Assembly: GCA_964016885.1 (NCBI GenBank)
Contig: OZ024740.1
Span: 237,708,001-237,772,000, forward strand
DNA length: 64,000 bases
DNA from: Eledone cirrhosa
Taxonomy: Eukaryota
Reading direction: 5' to 3'
The position numbers were made by a program, and so were the translations under genes. Under the pieces are notes generated by a model that was not told the origin of the DNA, did no database searches, and saw nothing but the letters and a program-made list of their open reading frames with translations. The stretch's first letter is position 1. Each line of letters begins with the position of its first letter. Shown here one piece after another: positions 57,400 to 64,000 of this stretch.

Positions 57400-60000
57400 T
57401 GATGATAGTGGTATTGGCAGTGGTGGTGGTATGGTGATGGTGATAGTGGTAGTGATATTGGCAGTGGTGGTGGTATGGTGATGGTGATAGTGGTATTGGC
57501 AGTGGTGGTGGTATGGTGATGGTGATAGTGGTAGTGATATTGGCAGTGGTGGTGGTATGGTGATGGTGATAGTGGTATGGTGATGGTGATAGTGGTAGTG
57601 ATATTGGCAGTGGTGGTGGTATGGTGATGGTGATAGTGGTATTGGCAGTGGTGGTGGTATGGTGATGGTGATAGTGGTAGTGATATTGGCAGTGGTGGTG
57701 GTATGGTGATAGTGGTATGGTAGTGGTATGGTGATGGTGATAGTGGTAGTGATATTGGCAGTGGTGGTGGTATGGTGATGGTGATAGTGGTAGTGATATT
57801 GGCAGTGGTGGTGGTATGGTGATTGTGGTAGTGGTATGGTAGTGGTGGTATGGTGATGGTGATAGTGGTAGTGATATTGGCAGTGGTGATAGTGGTAGTG
57901 ATATTGGCAGTGGTGGTGGTATGGTGATGGTGATAGTGGTAGTGATATTGGCAGTGGTGGTGGTATGGTGATGGTGATAGTGGTAGTGATATTGACAGTG
58001 GTGACGGTATGGTGATTGTGGTAGTGATATTGGCAGTGGTGGTGGTATGGTGATGGTGATAGTGGTAGTGATATTGGCAGTGGTGGTGGTATGGTGATAG
58101 TGGTAGTGATATTGGCAGTGGTGGTGGTATGGTGATGGTGATAGTGGTAGTGATATTGGCAGTGGTGATGGTATGGTGATTGTGGTAGTGGTATGGTAGT
58201 GGTGGTATGGTGATGGTGATAGTGGTAGTGATATTGGCAGTGGTGATAGTGGTAGTGATATTGGCAGTGGTGGTGGTATGGTGATGGTGATAGTGGTAGT
58301 GATATTGGCAGTGGTGATGGTATGGTGATTGTGGTAGTGGTATGGTAGTGGTGGTATGGTGATGGTGATAGTGGTAGTGATATTGGCAGTGGTGGTGGTA
58401 TGGTGATGGGGATAGTGGTATGGTAGTGGTATGGTGATGGTGATAGTGGTAGTGATATTGGCAGTGGTGGTGGTATGGTGATAGTGGTAGTGATATTGGC
58501 AGTGGTGGTGGTATGGTGATTGTGGTAGTGGTATGGTAGTGGTGGTATGGTGATGGTGATAGTGGTAGTGATATTGGCAGTGGTGGTGGTATGGTGATGG
58601 TGATAGTGGTAGTGATATTGGCAGTGGTGATGGTATGGTGATTGTGGTAGTGGTATGGTAGTGGTGGTATGGTGATGGTGATAGTGGTAGTGATATTGGC
58701 AGTGGTGATAGTGGTAGTGATATTGGCAGTGGTGGTGGTATGGTGATGGTGATAGTGGTAGTGATATTGGCAGTGGTGATGGTATGGTGATTGTGGTAGT
58801 GGTATGGTAGTGGTGGTATGGTGATGGTGATAGTGGTAGTGATATTGGCAGTGGTGATAGTGGTAGTGATATTGGCAGTGGTGGTGGTATGGTGATGGTG
58901 ATAGTGGTAGTGATATTGGCAGTGGTGATGGTATGGTGATTGTGGTAGTGGTATGGTAGTGGTGGTATGGTGATGGTGATAGTGGTAGTGATATTGGCAG
59001 TGGTGATGGTATGGTGATTGTGGTAGTGGTATGGTAGTGGTGGTATGGTCATGGTGATAGTGGTAGTGATATTGGCAGTGGTGGTGGTATGGTGATGGTG
59101 ATAGTGGTAGTGATATTGACAGTGGTGACGGTATGGTGATTGTGGTAGTGGTATGGTAGTGGTGGTATGGTGATGGTGATAGTGGTAGTGATATTGGCAG
59201 TGGTGGTGGTATGGTGATGGGGATAGTGGTATGGTAGTGGTATGGTGATGGTGATAGTGGTAGTGATATTGGCAGTGGTGGTGGTATGGTGATAGTGGTA
59301 GTGATATTGGCAGTGGTGGTGGTATGGTGATTGTGGTAGTGGTATGGTAGTGGTGGTATGGTGATGGTGATAGTGGTAGTGGTATGGTAGTGGTGGTATG
59401 GTGATGGTGATAGTGGTAGTGATATTGGCAGTGGTGGTGGTATGGTGATTGTGGTAGTGGTATGGTAGTGGTGGTATGGTGATGGTGATAGTGGTAGTGA
59501 TATTGGCAGTGGTGATAGTGGTAGTGATATTGGCAGTGGTGGTGGTATGGTGATGGTGATAGTGGTAGTGATATTGGCAGTGGTGGTGGTATGGTGATTG
59601 TGGTAGTGGTATGGTAGTGGTGGTATGGTGATGGTCATAGTGGTAGTGATATTGGCAGTGGTGATGGTATGGTGATTGTGGTGGTATGGTGATGGTCATA
59701 GTGGTAGTGGTACTGGTACTGGTATCGGTGGTGATGGTGATGATCATAGTGGTAGTGGTGGTGGTATGGTGATGGTCATAGTGGGGGGTGGTATGGCATT
59801 GGTGGTGGTATGTTGATGATATGGTGGTATGGTGGTATGGTGGTGGTGGTATGGTGACGGTATGGTGGTATGGTCATATAGTAGTGGTGGTGGTATGGTG
59901 ATGATCATAGTGGTGGTGGTATAGCGATGGTGATAGTAGCAGTGGTTGTAGTAGCAGTGGCATGAAGAAGGGGGTAGTGATGTGGCAATGGTGGTAGTGA
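57400..60000. repeat. GT-rich minisatellite (about 44-bp core with variants)
   Basis: Unit AGTGGTAGTGATATTGGCAGTGGTGGTGGTATGGTGATGGTGAT over about 2.3 kb, decaying at the right end. Confidence 0.93.
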
Positions 60001-60506
60001 TATGGTGATGGTGGATGAAGCTGTTTATGATGATAGTGTTGATTGTGTGATGATGATGACGATGATGATGATGATGATCATCATCATCATCATGACCATG
60101 ATGATGATCATGATGATGATGATAATGATGATGATGATAATGATGATGATGATGATGAGGAGGGGGTGGATTTTGGTTATGATGCAGATGATACAGAAGG
60201 TGCTTATGCTGACAGAAGCATCTTAGTCTTAAGTGAAGCTACTTTCAATGGAAGGAAGCCTGGGATGATCTAACTCATCTGATGACATGAGATAATGATT
60301 CAACACTGACAGTGTTATGATAACTACCATCTCACAACTAAAGAAGGTATTCATAGACAGCCCCACACTAATCTATCTCTTCCATTAAAGCTGACATCTC
60401 AGCCCACAAATATTCCAATTTATTTCAAAACTCCTCATCAGCTTATGCATTTTCTCTGTCTCTCTCATCTTCATCAAAACAACCACCATTATCACCATCA
60501 CCATCC

Positions 60507-60578
<72 letters not shown>

Positions 60579-61050
60579 ACATCTTCATCATCATCATCAT
60601 GGGTGGTTTACTATTTGTACTCAGTTGAGGCAGGAGGGGGTGAAAACTCAGATTGTTGCAGGGTTACATGCAAAATAAAGAGTACTGCTGGAAGACAAGC
60701 TGAGGCCTTAATATGTCACCAACTGCGGAGAATAGAGGCTTTGGTATGTAAGATAGGCTTGCCAGGAGTGGGAGATAGATGGATGGTCAATCAATCCTCC
60801 ACCACAATGGCTGCACACAACTGTAGAGTAGAACTAAATATTTTGAAAGCCTCAGCTATGATTTTCGAACCTAAATGGGAACCATTCAAGTTTGAAATGC
60901 ATAGACAATTATCCCCCTTGCTTCTGCTGGACTCTATTCATAGCTGAGGATTTCAAAATGTTTATTTATTAAACATACTGTATATCTTTAGATATACAAA
61001 ATTCACATACATATTTGTATACAGCTCTGTCGAAACTAAATTCTAATTAA

Positions 61051-61680
<630 letters not shown>

Positions 61681-62026
61681 TATATATATATATATACTGT
61701 ATATATATATATATTTAATAGAGTATATAGAGAAGAAAACAAAATGGAATCTTTTCAATTACGAGGAAAGTCTACGAAAGGAATGGAAAATACATATTAA
61801 TTAAAAGTGTAAATCAAAATGTACAGACCAACATTTATAACTATAAAACACCTGGACGAACTCTAAAAAGAGAATGTTTTGCCATAAAATGTGTCGATAC
61901 CATACTTTCTCAGGGCTTCTCAACAGATATAAAGACAGCATGGTCGACAACTTTGTCAAAAGTTTCTTTAGTTGCTTAAAGTTTCTTTAGAAGTGTCGAC
62001 CATGCTGTCTTTACATCTGTTGAGAA

Positions 62027-63695
62027 TATCACAGGGGTATATTTCTCTCTGTGATACTATTTATCCTGTCATTAAACCCCTTGTCCCTTCTGCTCAAGAA
62101 ATGTGAAGGATACATCATTGGCTCACAGGAGGAAAGAAATATGAACCTAATCCAAAATTTCTTTGTGGATGATCTGAAACTCTATGCCAAGAACATAGAT
62201 GGGATGAAGAAAAATCTTGACCTGGTTACAACGTTCTCAAAGGATATAGGAATGGAGTTTAGCAAAGATAAATGTTTATATATAACAGTAAAGTGGGGTA
62301 AAATAACAACCCAATCTAGCAACATTGTCATCAATGGTCTAACTGTTTCACTGATATCTGACGAGGGCTGCTACAGATACCTGGGGATAGATGAGAACAT
62401 ATCCTATAATGGTATCTGTATTAAGGAACGTGTAAGCAGGGAATATTACACCCAATTAAGAAAAATATTGGAACTCTCTGCACACAATAAAACAGTGGCT
62501 CACAATGGGTTTGCTGTGTCTGTCCTAACACCAACGTTTGGAATACTCAATTGGACGATAGACAAAATCTGAGCAATTGATATTAGGACTCGAAAAATAC
62601 TAAACAACACCAGAAACTTCCACATCAACAGTGACATAGCCGGCCTTTACTTGAAACATAAGCAGGGAGGCAGAGGCCTAACATCAGTCCAGACAACATT
62701 TGAATGTTGCATCATATCCCTCCGACAACATCTACGAACCTCGAAGTGTAGGAGCCCGTCTTTCGAGCAAGTCTATCTGCATGAAACAGATAAGATCATG
62801 AGAGTTGGAAAGGAACTCCTTAAAAGATATTCCTTGTGTGATAATCAAAATCTCACATCCAGCAATATCGCAGTGAATCCATGGATGAAAATCTGCATGC
62901 TTATCAGTAAAAAGTCATGCATGGATATGTTGCCAGGAAGTTCCAGAGTGAGAGTAATATAGATAAGCAATCTATAGTCTATCTTGGACCAACAACTGCT
63001 ATATTGGCTCCCACTTTGAAGGATACACTTTTGCAATCCAAGAACAGGAAATCAACACGAAATACCTGATTCACAAAAGAGATAGGGATGCAAGCAAAAC
63101 ACCTAGATGTGACAACAAGTGCAGCCTCTGCAGAATTAACATCGAAGATGTCACCCATGTCATCAGCAGCTGTCGAAAGATGTCATCGTGGTACTATCTA
63201 CTTATGAGGGATGATCTACAATTCAATCCATAGAAAAGATAGCCCCAATAATAAACACATTAAAAGCTACAGCAATGTGGAAGACATACATATACATAAT
63301 ATGAAAGAGTACTGTTGGAATGTTCCAGTAGAAACTCCTATAAAATGCAGGCATAACAGACCAGATATTATGATATGGGACAGGGAAAAGAAGGTATGCA
63401 CGGTAGTGGAAGTTAGCTGCCCAGCAGATGCCAATATACTATTAAAGATTAACGAAAAGGAGAATATTTATGCAGAACTAATGAGAAATCTACAGATACT
63501 CCACCCAGACTATACTTCAGATTTATACCTGCGATTATTGGGGCACTGGGATATGTTAGTAACTGCCTCAATACAAATCTTGAGAAGCTGGGCTTCACAG
63601 AAACAGAAAGAACACAACTAGTTAGGAAATTATAAGTACAATCCATTAATGGAACAGTAAAAATATGTAAAACATTCCAAATATTTTGCATCTAA
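62027..63695 (+). mobile_element. 5'-truncated R4/Dong-like LINE (RT, CCHC, RLE)
   Basis: LFILSLNPLS, FVDDLKLYA, YRYLGIDE, GGRGL, FAIQEQEINT, CSLCRINIEDVTHVISSC, HNRPDIMIWD; several stops and frameshifts. Confidence 0.88.
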
Positions 63696-64000
63696 TAACT
63701 ACATATACACTTGTACAGATACAAAGCATATACACATGCACACATATAACTCAAAACATCCACATCCACACATATAATAACATCCATACCTCCACACACA
63801 TACATGCATTTACACAACATCAACTAGGTAGATACGTATATATCTACCTAGTTGATGTTGTGTAAATTCCAATGAGAGAGTCTTGTGTCTATGTTAGAAA
63901 CCGACTCTCTCTCTCTCTATTGGCAAATATTTGTGAGATTATAAAACCAAAAGAACATACATACATACATTCACACACACATACACTATGAAGGCTGACC

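Noticed and set aside
57263-59747. 791-aa mucin-like or His-rich ORF
   Set aside because: The repeat unit is not a multiple of 3, all minus frames are open and cycle through the same peptides; minisatellite artefact.
60603-60947. 114-aa ORF
   Set aside because: Non-ATG start and no recognisable domain; possibly an old repeat fragment.

Overview
AT-rich, repeat-saturated animal genomic DNA, intronic or intergenic. A coleoid cephalopod such as an octopus is likely, inferred from the (TA)n/(CAT)n density and the SINE, RTE and Penelope repertoire. No host protein-coding gene can be supported; most long ORFs are microsatellite artefacts. Recognisable content: several RTE-clade LINEs (one near full length with a PHD finger inside the RT, one BovB-like), an RNase H-bearing LINE relic, an R4/Dong-type RLE LINE, a DD37 Tc1/mariner element with intact TIRs, a Helitron deletion derivative, two tRNA-derived SINE families, minisatellites and a Penelope-like element (PLE) with an inverted pseudo-LTR. 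The most striking pattern is a recurring architecture in at least 7 elements of dissimilar sequence: (TA)n, inverted arm, body, arm, short tail, (TA)n. Several of these, plus one direct-repeat non-coding element, carry type I hammerhead ribozyme folds, some with very long helix II or variant cores. All alignments and folds were done by eye and coordinates are approximate to a few bases.
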